From: Ancylonema sp.
Taxonomy: Eukaryota
DNA: 64,000 bases
Assembly (NCBI GenBank): GCA_050230475.1
Contig: JBFLGF010000097.1
Span: 1 to 64,000 of the forward strand
Reading direction: 5' to 3'
The notes under the pieces are model-generated. The model worked only from the letters and a program-made list of their open reading frames with translations. It was not told where the DNA came from and did not search any database. Made by a program: the position numbers and the translations under genes. Positions 51,801-64,000 of this stretch are shown here, in pieces (the first letter of the stretch is position 1; the number at the start of each line of letters is the position of its first letter).

Positions 51801-52645
51801 TAAAATCGTTGTTGTCATAGCCATCCCTTTATTATATATTATTCTTTGACCGGATCTAGGGATCCAGGGATGGGGTATAATCGGTATTTTTGAATCGGAG
51901 ATATGAGAATCACGACGAAAATCAGAAGAACAAAATGGTGAATATTTTGTTCGACCAAATAACATTGATCACGTTTTTCATTTTTATTTTTGGGCATGTG
52001 CAGCGGGAGCTCTCCCTGCCTTTGCTCAGCTGATCACCTCAACCTATCACGCCACGTCAGCAGCCTCCCATGCCACCGTGTCAAAGGTGACTCACCAAGT
52101 GGAGGTGCGAATACAGGTTTGGCCCACACGTTCCCCCCCTCCCTTTTTTTTTTTTTTTTTTTTTTAAATTTATTTATTTATTTGGGGGTGAACTAATTTT
52201 TTTTCCGAAGTAATGAAGCATGTTTGTTTTCAAGAGGGATTCAATAACTAAGTCTGATTTGAGATTTCGGTTTTTGGTTTGCACTGTGCGTACACCATCG
52301 ATGCTGCATGTGCTGCCTGTGCTTGTGACATATAAACTCAGTGCGTTTTTTTGGTATTCGACACCACAATTTCGCATACTCTGAATGTATTTGTTTGGTT
52401 CCTGGCAAAAGGCAGAAGGCAAAAGGCAACATGCAACCCAAACTAAATAGCGAGATGATATGAATTTTTATTAAAAAAACAAACTTATTCAAACAAAATA
52501 TAATGAAAATAAATATACAAACTTATTAACAAAACAAACAAAATTAACAAAACAATGGATGAAGACTTTGGACAAATTCACCATTCGTCCCATCACCATC
52601 GCGCTTTTGCAGGAAAGCGAACGCAAATCATCCGCTGAAGAGTGA
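48867..52645 (+). CDS. Same uncharacterised plant protein, copy B (5' end cut by N48866)
   Basis: Same exon chain, including exon 4 at about 50749-50807 (VMPILSKRMPKRPGLQVLIS), 51628-51673, about 52004-52116 and a last exon 52613-52645 (ESERKSSAEE*). Exon differences from copy A are mostly synonymous. Confidence 0.7.
51070..51339. repeat. AT-rich inverted repeat (foldback) within an intron of copy B
   Basis: Left arm catgacttcaatggcttcattg..catatgtataaatatacat pairs with right arm atgtatatttatacatatg..caatgaagccattgaagtcatg. Confidence 0.8.
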
Positions 52646-53718
52646 GGGAGAAGATTACAGCCACTTTCGTGATCCCTCCGTGTCGTGTCAAGGGGAGAAA
52701 AAAAGAATGTGGATTTTATTCGGCTCTACAAGTTGTATGAACCTCATCAATGGATTGAGGTGGTCGTTAAATTTAATATGCAGAGCTCAATTTGAGACGA
52801 GGCAAACACAGATTTTTTGGCACAAGCACTTTCAATCTCGAACAACATCACTTGTACATAGATGTGTAGGCTTGGAATTGATGGATGTAATGATGTCGAG
52901 TTTAAAATCCCCGGTTCGATCAATATGAGTCGTGATTCCTCGTGTCATGTGTGCATACTTTGTAGAATGGAAAGCCCAATTGTAAGAATGTTCACCTCAT
53001 CCGCACATCGCAAGCTGAATGGTTGAGAGTTTAAATCCTGGGTCCTCAATGTATTTCCAATGTACGAGGGTTGTGCAAATAAATATAGTTGTAATTACCG
53101 GAGTGAGTACCCATTTGTTCTCACAAATCACAAATAGCAAATAACCAATATTTGTCAAATTACATGCTTACAAGCCACTTTTTTGGATATTCGTAATTTA
53201 ATTAGGGTACGAATAAATCAAATACGGTACCACACAAACATGGTACGGAAGCTAGAGATGACATGCTTTCATTTTTTGGTCGTGCCAATTTGCTAAATAA
53301 ATAAAGGCGAGAATATTGCCAATTTAATCACTAGGGTAAAAGTCTAAACCAGATGCTTGAAGAGCATTTGGCATGTAGCTTTCCGCCACCATTAAGTTCG
53401 TAGGAACCTCTCCCGAACACTTGTCTAGCAACAACAAACGGTTATTCTACATGCCTACATTAGTACATATTATCCACTATTGGCCACTAAACTTCTGAGC
53501 ACTAGCATGCGCCTGATCATTATATTCAGTCAATCGCTGCAAGTCTCACTTTCCATATTTTGTCGAATACCCCTAATGAGTAATCGACGCAAGCGTACTC
53601 CCTCTTAATAAATAAAACAATGAAATACTCGGATGACGAATTCCCGTTCACTACTACCTACATTGCTTTCTGCCCCATTCCAACATTCCCACTTTCATCA
53701 ATTTTGCTAAGTTCTGTT

Positions 53719-54050
53719 CTAGCCACTTGACGTACCCATAAGCAACTTCTCGAACTCCAATATTTTCACCCCCACATGCTTGGTCACCTGCTTAGCGGCC
53801 ATGCCCCACATTTCTACAAACTCCACATCAAACCCGCCCTCATCGATCCGCCCCCGAATGAAATGATAGCGGATCGCAATATGCTTACTTCGCAAATGGA
53901 ATACCGGATTCTTGGGCCACCTTCATGGAATTATGATTGTCGACCGAAAGCAAAATGCCCCCCTCATCCGGCCCCACCCCCATCTCCACCTGCAACATAC
54001 GAAGGTAAAGCCCCTCCTTGGCTACCAATTTCCGAAACCTTGCCACTGTG
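53719..54050 (-). mobile_element. Ty1/copia RNase H C-terminal remnant
   Basis: Minus strand reads, with frameshifts, ..VDNHNSMKVAQ..VFHLRSKHIAIRYHFIRGRIDEGGFDVEFV..MAAKQVTKHVG..*, matching the copia H.R.KHI..RYHFIRE motif. Confidence 0.75.
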
Positions 54051-54178
54051 AAACCCTATCATGTGGAGAATGTGGTGGAGCCCTACCGCATCCCAAATGA
54101 CGTACTGAAAGAAAAAAAAAACCTCCTTTTCTTATCAATGCTTATCATTTACGTTGACATGAAGGAGAATTATGTGTT

Positions 54179-54790
54179 ATTGAAAAACGACGGGAACCCC
54201 ATTTCATTACAAAAACGTGCTTGTGTAGAAATTGCATATCCTAAAATTGACAAATATGTGAGCTAATCGTCCTACACAAAACTATCAACAACATGTAACT
54301 CCGCAAAAGAAAGTAGAGCGCGCGGTGGTGGGGGAGGCAACAAGGCCATGCATTGCTCTAGACGTAGGGTTCGAGCATGTATCACATGTGCTAGTGATGG
54401 TTGTAATGCCATCGACACTCTGTGACGGAACCATGTGCACAACAAGCTTATAGAGGGCCCCGATCTTGAACTATCTCTAGATGCTCACGTTGCACACTCG
54501 TAAAATTCGATCCGACCTATCAGACAATGCACCATATGTCTCAAAATCGAAGGGCATAAATTTCGTCCCAAGTGCGAGATCCCGATAGTGGGTGTCCTTC
54601 CTTCGCTCCGCATCTTTAGTGGTGACAAGATCGTGTCTAGTAGCGCGTTCCACCAAATCACGACGGGTAGGGTCCACAACTATAATGTCGACCAAAATGT
54701 GCCTCCGAAATCCGAAATAACAATGTCCACATGCCCTTTGCGCCCCCCGGATGCAGATGAAGGAAGGACGCCAATGCGCTCTCGATCCGC
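54179..54790 (-). mobile_element. Longest CRE-like non-LTR fragment, including restriction-like endonuclease motif
   Basis: ..HILVDIIVVDPTRRDLVERA..DAERRKDTHY..FMPFDFETYGALS.. resembles the PD-(D/E)xK RLE region, and is followed by the shared 3' end. Confidence 0.75.
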
Positions 54791-55159
54791 ATGCTACCAC
54801 GACTCAAAACTACATATACTTTTGCAGAAGCAGGACACAATTTAAATGACTGGGTATCGCCTCTACAGTTTTGAAATAAACTAAATAATCGTTCTAGGCA
54901 TACCTTTGGGACACGGGAAATGTGTGCCTATAATGTGGTTGAGTCTGTAACAAATATATGCGTTATAGGCATGTTTGCCACATCTGGCCCTTAGGTCAGA
55001 TGGGCCCCTAACGAGGGAAATCCAAAATTTTGCTCCCAGATCACGGGAACTATCTGTCATGTCGGTTTACCTTTATGGTCATGCAGTTTTGACTTATTGG
55101 CGCGTTAAGAAGTACAAATTCATTATGACCACTCTGATTAAAAAAGTAGATGACGTTCG

Positions 55160-55599
55160 TCGATTTTCCCCCCGGCTCCTAGTTGACGTCATTACACTTT
55201 ATGACGTCATAATTCGTTACAGGCAAAAATCGCCCTTTTCTTTTTGCCTATAACGAAGACGATTTGGCGGGGAAAAGTCGGTGCACACGATTTCGATGCC
55301 TGTACCGCGATTTTGTCCATAACGAGGGTGCCCATAACGAGTATTAACTGTACTCCGTTACCGTCCGAGGGGCATCCGGCGCCAGGAACAGCGCCCGTCC
55401 GTCTTTTGTCAATATATTCATACTAAATTCACGAGAATACAGTAAATATCATAATATACAATTCTTCTATAATAGAGTATACCTATATTATATAATATAT
55501 ATATATTCAATAAACCGTCGTTGATTGAAAAACAACGGGAACCCCATCTCATGACAATATTGTGTAGCTGTGCTGTGCCTATAACGAGTATTCACTGTA
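55160..55599 (-). mobile_element. pogo-like terminal fragments (two TIR ends) with a short CRE tail between them; partly repeated at +4602
   Basis: ccataacgagtattaactg|ta (about 55332-55352) and cctataacgagtattcactg|ta (about 55578-55599). The reverse complement aligns by eye to 6797-7005. CRE-type tail at about 55522-55558. Confidence 0.65.
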
Positions 55600-55990
55600 C
55601 TTTCACGCGTTCTTGCAATTTCAATTTTGTGCGGTTGTAATCCCAAATGACGTCAGTTTAGCGAACATTTGTAGCAAAATGACTACAACATATTTGTCCT
55701 GGTTCTCCCTGTACAAAATTGGAATTCCCATCCTGACATGCTAATATTTACGGGATCTTCCCTCTCTCGGACCCCGCACATGTTCAGCACAAGCTCCATC
55801 TCTGAGCAGGGTTCCAGCAGTTTCAAAGCGACTGTCGTCGTTGCCACCTGCCGTTGCGAATGCGATGAGATGTAACAGACAAGAAACTCATCAACCATGA
55901 TTACGGGTGTTCAGAGTCCCCATAATGTCTCTGCTTTGAGTCTCCCATGTTAGAGTCAATCGACCATCGCCTTGATCGCTGCGTGGAGCC

Positions 55991-58460
55991 ATGTTTTTCC
56001 TTCTGAAGTTAGAAAAGAACCTCCAACTACATCCACGTTTCTTCGGGCGTGGATTGCGCCAAAAGCTCGAGGAGAAACTAAAGGAGGAGGTCGAGGGGAC
56101 ATGCACGTGCGTACGCCTGAACCTGAACATCATTTTTATTCTGTGATGGCAAATCGAGACCAGGAAAAATCAGGATTTACCTGCTTTCCGCGAGAAAGGG
56201 ACGGAAACCGATTCTTTTGATGTGATTCTGCCCTATGCCAAAATGGCAACTTTGAGTCGCTCCTTGCAGTACATATTGCTGACGTCCGCATCCGGAGTCG
56301 AAGACAAAAAAATTCCATCTGCTCCTTCAAATATTAGTATTATTATTATATTGTTATTACATTGTTATATTGTTAAATTGTTATATTATTAATGTATTAA
56401 TATATTAATATATTGTATTATTATATTATTACATTATTACATTATTACATTATTATTATATTATTATATTATTGTATTATTATATTATTATTAAATTATT
56501 ATTAAATTGGTACAACCAGAAATTTGCCTGACCGCAACAATTCTTTTCCTGCCCCGGCCCTCTTCCATCCCACCAAAAATAATTTTATCCTTTTCGTGCA
56601 TTCTTTTCTACATAATTATCCGAAATCTTCCATATCTACCTGCGTAGATTAAAAAATGTTTCAGGGTAAATCATAGACACCCAGATATTTCACTTCCAAC
56701 CCACCCCTCAACCCCACCCTTAGGAAGGGGGGCATGGTAGGCAAGCCCTAAACCCTAACCTCTGAATCCCACCTCTAAACCCTAAACCATTCACCCTGAA
56801 CCCTGGCCATCGTCTGCGGTGCACAGGGGCCGTCACGGGTTCATAGTTTGTGTGGAGCGTGTGCTGGCCACGGGTACGGGGATGATCCGCGACGGCACCG
56901 GGTATGTCTCCTTCCCGGTGAAGTATGAGGCGGTGGTGTTCCGCCCATTCAAGGGGGAGGTGCTAGAGGCGGTGGTCACGATTGTGAACAAGGTGCCTAT
57001 CATGTACTCCCACTTTCCCCTTGCTTCTTACCCTCTATTGTTGTGCTGCACAAGTGCTGTTTAGCCCTGTTTACGTTCATTTTTTATTTTATTTTGGTGC
57101 GAAACATGACTGCATGCGATTCAGTAATCAGGACTGCATGTGATTCATACACAGTAGAAGACTTGGTTACTAACCCCAAAACTCCCAAAAACCCTAAAGT
57201 TCAGCTGGAAATGGTCGAAAATGTGGCAAAAAGAAAAAAATTACCCGTCATCATGGCGCATTGCGAGTATCGATGGTACACACATGTTGGTGTTGGGTAT
57301 TTTGGGTATTGGGTTCAGATGGGGTTCTTTGCTGAGGCGGGACCCGTCCAAATCTTCGTATCGAGTCATGTGAGTCCACCCCTTCATCATCTCTACACCC
57401 ATATTGAAATGATTTATTTTTAATTGCTCGTCCCAACCCCCATCCCCAGTCCCCCATCCGCATCCATGCGACTTCAACCCTAACAAGGATGTCATCGGTT
57501 TGTTTTTGGGAACAGCTCATTCCCGAAAACATGAAATTCACGACGGGAGACGTGAACTGCTACCTGCAAGTCGAGGGGACGGTAGGGTGGACTGGGGGGG
57601 TGGGGACGAATGGGATGGGGGTTGGCTATCGTCCCCTTGAGTGGGCAGGAAGGGTCGCACTTTGTCGCGAGGTTTAAGGTTTAAGGTTTGAGGTTTGAGG
57701 TTTAAGGTTCAAGGTTTGAGGTTTGTTTGGGTATTGGTGGTCTAGTTTAGGAAGTTTAGTTCTGGGCGGGCTAGTCATGAGAGTCGTGAAAATTTAGTCG
57801 CTCTCATTACATTTGTCGTACGACTAATAGTGTGGGTCGGATTCTTTTGCAGTTCCGATGTTTGTCACGCAATCCCAAAAGTTGTGGACTCGAACACGCA
57901 ACATTTGGCTGTAGACTTATTATTCTCCCCTTCTCCTTTCCGCAACATGCGTACCTTTCAGCTCAAAATCCAAAAGGATAGCGAAGTGCTGCTGAGGGTG
58001 GTGGGCACGAGAGTTGATGCCACAGAAATCGTGAGACTCTCCACGAATCCCCTAAAAAAGCTTTACAAAAGTGGAAATGTATCTGTCATGGCTGTTCATT
58101 GTCTCGATACAAACAATATCCCCCTGTCCATGACCTAGACACCACGATGTTGTACATTGTGTGGTAGGGGATCTCCTTCTTTGCATCATGTATCCTTTGT
58201 TGTGGGGTAGGGTAGGGGGGTTTACATTTACATGCATGTACATTTTACATTACAAGGGTGGCCCTTGGCGTCTGGAGATTGTGGTGGGGTTGAAAAAAAA
58301 ATGTGATTCGTTATACGAAGTCAGTGTCAAGAGGTGAGCCTATTCTATGTTTTCTCTCAATTTTATTTTTGTGGGGGTTCTGAATTGACTCGCGCAGTTC
58401 TGCATTGGAACGATCAAAGACAACTTTTTGGGACTCAATCCAAACATGGAGATCGCATAG
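55991..58460 (+). CDS. RPB7: DNA-directed RNA polymerase II subunit 7, copy A, 6 exons
   Basis: Exons 55991-56106 (MFFLLKLEKNLQLHPRFFG..VEGTC), 56827-56992 (GRHGF..VFRPFKGEVLEAVV), 57319-57369 (MGFFAEAGPVQIFVS), 57516-57581, 57962-58030 (GTRVDATEI), 58398-58460 (FCIGTIKDNFLG..*). Confidence 0.93.
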
Positions 58461-59507
58461 AGGAGCAATCAAATTTTGGCAGTAGAGGCTGGTACTCCCT
58501 CGCTTCATACCCATTTGTCTTACACTCTGTCGTGGACGCTGTCCAATTGTCGAGGTGTAGGATCATCTTTATAGAGTGGGCGTTTGATTAGGGTGTCTGG
58601 ATTTCTGATTCACTTGCAAGTGTGGGCCACTTGGTGTGGTTTGGAGGAGGCAGAAGTGGATGAGTGAGTGCCGATAGGTCATTGTGTTTTTCGACATGCA
58701 AAATTGACCTTCATCTTGGTCTTGAGGCTTTATGGGGCACACATTTATCCATGTCTCATTAGAGCATTGTGGTGAACTCGTAAAGAAGTTGATAGGGTTC
58801 GATGTGAGGATATGTACGAATCCAATGTCCGCGTTGTTTAAGTACGTACGCTACGTACAATGTAGGTTGACGATCGACAAGGGGAAGAAGATAGAATTGA
58901 GTGTGGCGATAAAATTGTCATAATTAAGCACGATTTTTAAAATAATATTAGACGTGGTTTCACGATTTGCAAATTGAGGTCAAACGTATTGTGTACAGAT
59001 ATGCACTACGGTGTGTGTAATTTCTTTTGTAATTTCACTTGCTAGATGGAATCGAGATGCCATACGCTTGCATCGAGTCATTCACTATCATAACTTTCGG
59101 GTACTTGACGAGGCTTTAAAAAAACAGTTTATTTGCTTTGGGTGGACAATTTAAGTGACCTTAATACAAGGCCCGTCCGTACACAACCTAGGATAGCAGA
59201 CAGGGCTTTCCCCTCCAAAACTGAAATCGGGCGAGAACTTTTGACTCTCAAAATAATTCGTGTTGGGCCGGCAAGACACCGGCCGTGTCAGAGACCCGGT
59301 ACAGCGTCAGAAACGCCAGAGCTGGTACGCCTTGGCGGACACGGACCGTGTCGAACACGGGAGGGGCGCTAATCGGCGTGGTTTTGAATCTGCGCCATGC
59401 GGCGCAATGCCTGCGCAGCGGACTACATGTGGGCAAGAGAGATGCGTTCGGGACTGGCTGACGGCTGACGGCTGTGTCAGAGTGGGCACCCTGCTTCTAC
59501 ACCAGAG

Positions 59508-59821
59508 ATGGCGCCCCAGACGCTACCCCCGAAGGAGGCCAACCAATTCAAGCTGATCGTGGTCAGTATCCTCTTTTTCTTCGTGAATATCAATTTTCGT
59601 CGTAATTAAAAACCGAAGAATTGTTGCAGCTCGTCAGTGCTGGACGAAATGAAATGAACCTGCTTTGCTCCGCGAAGCAAGAAGTGATTTTCCTGCTTTT
59701 CCCTTCGAGAACTGGCTAAAATTTTCTGACTTCTGTCCGCAGAAAGCTTACGAATCGAAGCAGTACAAGAAGGGCCTGAAAGCATCCGACAGCATACTGA
59801 AGAAGATGCCTGACCATGGAG
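59508..59821 (+). CDS. NAA15: N-terminal acetyltransferase A auxiliary subunit, first two exons only (cut at N59864)
   Basis: 59508-59561 MAPQTLPPKEANQFKLIV|gt and 59743-59821 KAYESKQYKKGLKASDSILKKMPDHG|gt match the conserved NAA15 N-terminus. Confidence 0.85.
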
Positions 59822-60592
59822 GTAAGCAGCTGGAAGAGAATTTCGACGCTAAAAGCTTTCCGGNATTGGCGGGGAAAAGTCGGTGCACACGATTTCGATG
59901 CCTGTACCGCGATTTTGTCCATAACGAGGGTGCCCATAACGAGTATTAACTGTACTCCGTTACCGTCCGAGGGGCATCCGGCGCCAGGAACAGCGCCCGT
60001 CCGTCTTTTGTCAATATATTCATACTAAATTCACGAGAATACAGTAAATATCATAATATACAATTCTTCTATAATAGAGTATACCTATATTATATAATAT
60101 ATATATATTCAATAAACCGTCGTTGATTGAAAAACAACGGGAACCCCATCTCATGACAATATTGTGTAGCTGTGCTGTGCCTATAACGAGTATTCACTGT
60201 ACTTTCACGCGTTCTTGCAATTTCAATTTTGTGCGGTTGTAATCCCAAATGACGTCAGTTTAGCGAACATTTGTAGCAAAATGACTACAACATATTTGTC
60301 CTGGTTCTCCCTGTACAAAATTGGAATTCCCATCCTGACATGCTAATATTTACGGGATCTTCCCTCTCTCGGACCCCGCACATGTTCAGCACAAGCTCCA
60401 TCTCTGAGCAGGGTTCCAGCAGTTTCAAAGCGACTGTCGTCGTTGCCACCTGCCGTTGCGAATGCGATGAGATGTAACAGACAAGAAACTCATCAACCAT
60501 GATTACGGGTGTTCAGAGTCCCCATAATGTCTCTGCTTTGAGTCTCCCATGTTAGAGTCAATCGACCATCGCCTTGATCGCTGCGTGGAGCC

Positions 60593-63500
60593 ATGTTTTT
60601 CCTTCTGAAGTTAGAAAAGAACCTCCAACTACATCCACGTTTCTTCGGGCGTGGATTGCGCCAAAAGCTCGAGGAGAAACTAAAGGAGGAGGTCGAGGGG
60701 ACATGCACGTGCGTACGCCTGAACCTGAACATCATTTTTATTCTGTGATGGCAAATCGAGACCAGGAAAAATCAGGATTTACCTGCTTTCCGCGAGAAAG
60801 GGACGGAAACCGATTCTTTTGATGTGATTCTGCCCTATGCCAAAATGGCAACTTTGAGTCGCTCCTTGCAGTACATATTGCTGACGTCCGCATCCGGAGT
60901 CGAAGACAAAAAAATTCCATCTGCTCCTTCAAATATTAGTATTATTATTATATTGTTATTACATTGTTATATTGTTAAATTGTTATATTATTAATGTATT
61001 AATATATTGTATTATTATATTATTACATTATTACATTATTACATTATTATTATATTATTATATTATTATATTATTATATTATTGTATTATTATATTATTA
61101 TACTATTATACTGTTATACTGTTATACTGTTATACTGTTATACTGTTATACTGTTATACTGTTATGCTGTTATGCTGTTATCCTGTTATGCTGTTATACT
61201 GTTATACTGTTATACTGTTATACTGTTATACTGTTATACTGTTATACTGTTATACTGTTATACTGTTATACTGTTATACTGTTATACTGTTATACTGTTA
61301 GACTGTTACACTGTTACACTGTTACACTGTTACACTGTTAGACTGTTATACTGTCATACTGTCATACTGTCATCCTGTCATGCTGTCATACTGTCATACT
61401 GTCATACTGTCATACTGTCATACTGTCATACTGTCATACTGTCATACTGTCATACTGTCATACTGTCATACTGTCATACTGTCATACTGTCATACTGTCA
61501 TACTGTCATACTGTCATACTGTCATACTGTCATACTGTCATACTGTCATACTGTCATACTGTCATACTGTCATACTGTCATACTGTCATACTGTCATACT
61601 GTCATACTGTCATACTGTCATACTGTCATACTGTCATACTGTCATACTGTCATACTGTCATACTGTCATACTGTCATACTGTCATACTGTCATACTGTCA
61701 TACTGTCATACTGTCATACTGTCATACTGTCATACTGTCATACTGTCATACTGTCATACTGTCATACTGTCATACTGTCATACTGTCATACTGTCATACT
61801 GTCATACTGTCATACTGTCATACTGTCATACTGTCATACTGTCATACTGTCATACTGTCATACTGTCAGACTGTCAGACTGTCAGACTGTCAGACTGTCA
61901 GACTGTCAGACTGTCAGACTGTCAGACTGTCAGACTGTTACACTCTTACACTCTTACACTATTACACTATTACACTAATACACTATTACACTATTACACT
62001 ATTACACTATTACACTATTACACTATTACACTATAATATCATTATATCATTCTATCATTAACCAGAAATGTGCCCGACCGCAATGGTTCTTTTCCTGCCC
62101 TGCCCCTCTCCTATCCCACCAAAAATAAGTTTATCCCTCTCGTGCATTCATTTTTACGTACTTTTCTGTATCTCCCATATCTACCTGCGTAGATTAAAAA
62201 AATGTTTCAATGTAAATCATACACACCCAGATGTTTCACTTCCAACCCACCCCTCAACCCCACCCATAGGAAGGGGGGGATGGTAGGAAAGCCCACAGTC
62301 CCCCCCTTCCTAACCACCCTAAACTTAATCACAGACCTCAAACTCTAAATTTCCAAGCCATCAACCTACACCATAAACTCTAAACCTCACACCCTGACCC
62401 TAAACCCTAACCTCTGAATCCTACCTCTAAACCCTAAACCATTCACCCTGAACCCTGAACATCGTCTGCGGTATCCCTTCCGTTGCGTGCACAGGGGGCG
62501 TCACGGTTTCATAGTGTGTGTGGAGCGTGTGCTGGCCACGGGTACGGGGATGATCCGAGATGGCACCGGGTATGTCTCCTTCCCGGTGAAGTATGAGGCC
62601 GTGGTGTTCCGCCCCTTCAAGGGCGAGGTGCTAGAGGCGGTGGTCACGATTGTGAATAAGGTGCCTATCATATACTCTCACGTCCTCCCCTCTTGTTACT
62701 TTCTATTGTAGTATGTTTAGCCCTGTTAGTTTTTAGTTCATTTTCATGTTTTTGGTATGAAAGATGACTGCATTTGATTTAGTGACCAGGTGTGCGATGT
62801 GATCAACGTATGGTGGAAGACCCGGATATGAACCCCAACAGCCCCAAAAACCCTAAAGTTCAACTGGAAATGGTCGAAAATGTGTCAAAAAGAAAAATAA
62901 ATTACGTGTCATCATCGGACATTGCGAGTATCGATGGTATACACATGTTGGTGTTGGGTATTTTGGGTATTGGGTTCAGATGGGATTCTTTGCTGAGGCA
63001 GGACCCGTCCAAATCTTTGTATCGAGTCATGTGAGTCCAGCCCTTACCCATCTCTACACCCATATCGAAATGATTTATGTTTAAAGGTTCGCCCCCCATC
63101 CGCATTGATGCGACTTCAACCCTGACAGTGATATCGTCGGTTTGTTTTTGGGAGCAGCTCATTCCCGAAAATATGAAATTCACGACAGGAGACGTGAACT
63201 GCTACCTGCAAGTCGAGGGGACGGTAGGGTGGATTGAGGGGTTGGGGCCAAATGTGATGGGGGTCGGTTATCATCTCCTTAAGTGGGCGGGAAGGGTCGC
63301 AATTTGTCTCGAGTTTTAAGGTTTGAGGTTTGTTTAAGTATTGGGGATCTAGTTTAGGAAGGGTTCTGAGCGGGCTAGTCATAGGAGTCGTGAAAATTTA
63401 GTCGCTCTCATTACATCCGTCGCACAATTGTGTAGCTTGGATACTTTTGTGGTTCCAATGTTTGTCACGAAATCCCAAAAGTTGTGGACTCGGGCACGCA

Positions 63501-64000
63501 ATGTTTGGCTGCGGACTTATTATTCTCCTGTTCTCGTTTTCGCAACATGCTTACCTTCAGCTCAAAATTCAAAAGGATAGCGAAGTGCTGCTGAGGGTGG
63601 TGGGCACGAGAGTCGATGCCACAGAAATCGTGAGAATCCGCACGTATCTCACAAAAAGCTCACCAAAAGTGGAAATATCTTTGTTATTGCGGCTCATTGT
63701 CTCGATACAAACAACATCCCTCTACCCATGACCTAGAAACCATGATGTTGTATATTGTGTGGTAGAGGATCTCTTCGTTTGCATTATGTATCATTTGTTG
63801 TGGGGTAGGGGAGGGGGATTTACATTTACATGCATGTATATTAGGGTGGCCCTTAGCGACTTGAGATTGCGGTTTGGTTGTAATAAAAGTTGTGATTCAA
63901 TTGAGAGTTGAGTCAATTCCATGTTTTCATTCAACCTTATTTTTGGGGGGGTTCTGAATTGACTTGCAGTTCTGCATCGGAACGATCAAAGACAACTTTT
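60593..64000 (+). CDS. RPB7: RNA polymerase II subunit 7, copy B (last exon runs off window)
   Basis: Exons 60593-60708, 62495-62660, 62980-63030, 63158-63223, 63561-63629, 63970->64000. Same protein as copy A with synonymous changes in exons 2-6. The segment 59865 to about 61000 appears identical to 55263 to about 56400. Confidence 0.9.
60935..62040. repeat. About 1.1-kb 8-bp-period satellite in RPB7 copy B intron 1
   Basis: Blocks of attattat, ctgttata, ctgttaca, ctgtcata (longest), ctgtcaga and ctattaca. Confidence 0.95.

Noticed and set aside
59508..59870. NAA15 truncated by a transposon, or an NAA15-RPB7 fusion
   Set aside because: The break coincides with N59864 and the start of a duplicated contig.
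60972..62036. 323-aa and 218-aa ORFs (YCHTVILS repeats) and a CRISPR-like appearance
   Set aside because: Stop-free frames of an 8-bp satellite inside an RPB7 intron; no unique spacers and no cas genes.
55991..64000. One RPB7 copy being a Pol IV/V-specific NRPD7/NRPE7
   Set aside because: Both copies keep introns and encode the same Pol II-type sequence in the visible exons.

Overview
Eukaryotic, intron-rich (GT-AG) nuclear DNA of a green plant. The divergence of the genes from seed-plant forms suggests a streptophyte alga or other non-seed lineage (inference). I rebuilt gene models by hand from splice signals and remembered family motifs; no searches were run. Genes found: an ACC-synthase-like gene with one in-frame TGA, pTAC6/PAP8, an HPGT-like GT31 galactosyltransferase, DPE1, a bromodomain + KANSL1/NSL1-like PEHE protein, CK2 beta, two diverged copies of a small conserved plant membrane-protein gene, two copies of RPB7, the 5' end of NAA15 and two tentative unknown genes. 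Mobile DNA: nested PIF/Harbinger-type elements with TTA target-site duplications, pogo-like remnants, five dispersed 3' ends of a CRE-like non-LTR retrotransposon, a Ty3/gypsy pol remnant ending in a PHD finger, and a copia RNase H remnant. Six single Ns (15560, 46159, 46856, 48347, 48866, 59864) mark assembly joins; most flank identical duplications that are probably artefacts. Best leads: the bromodomain-KANSL1 fusion (a possible plant-lineage NSL scaffold), the PHD-tailed integrase, the HPGT/B3GALT mosaic and the ACS-like gene.
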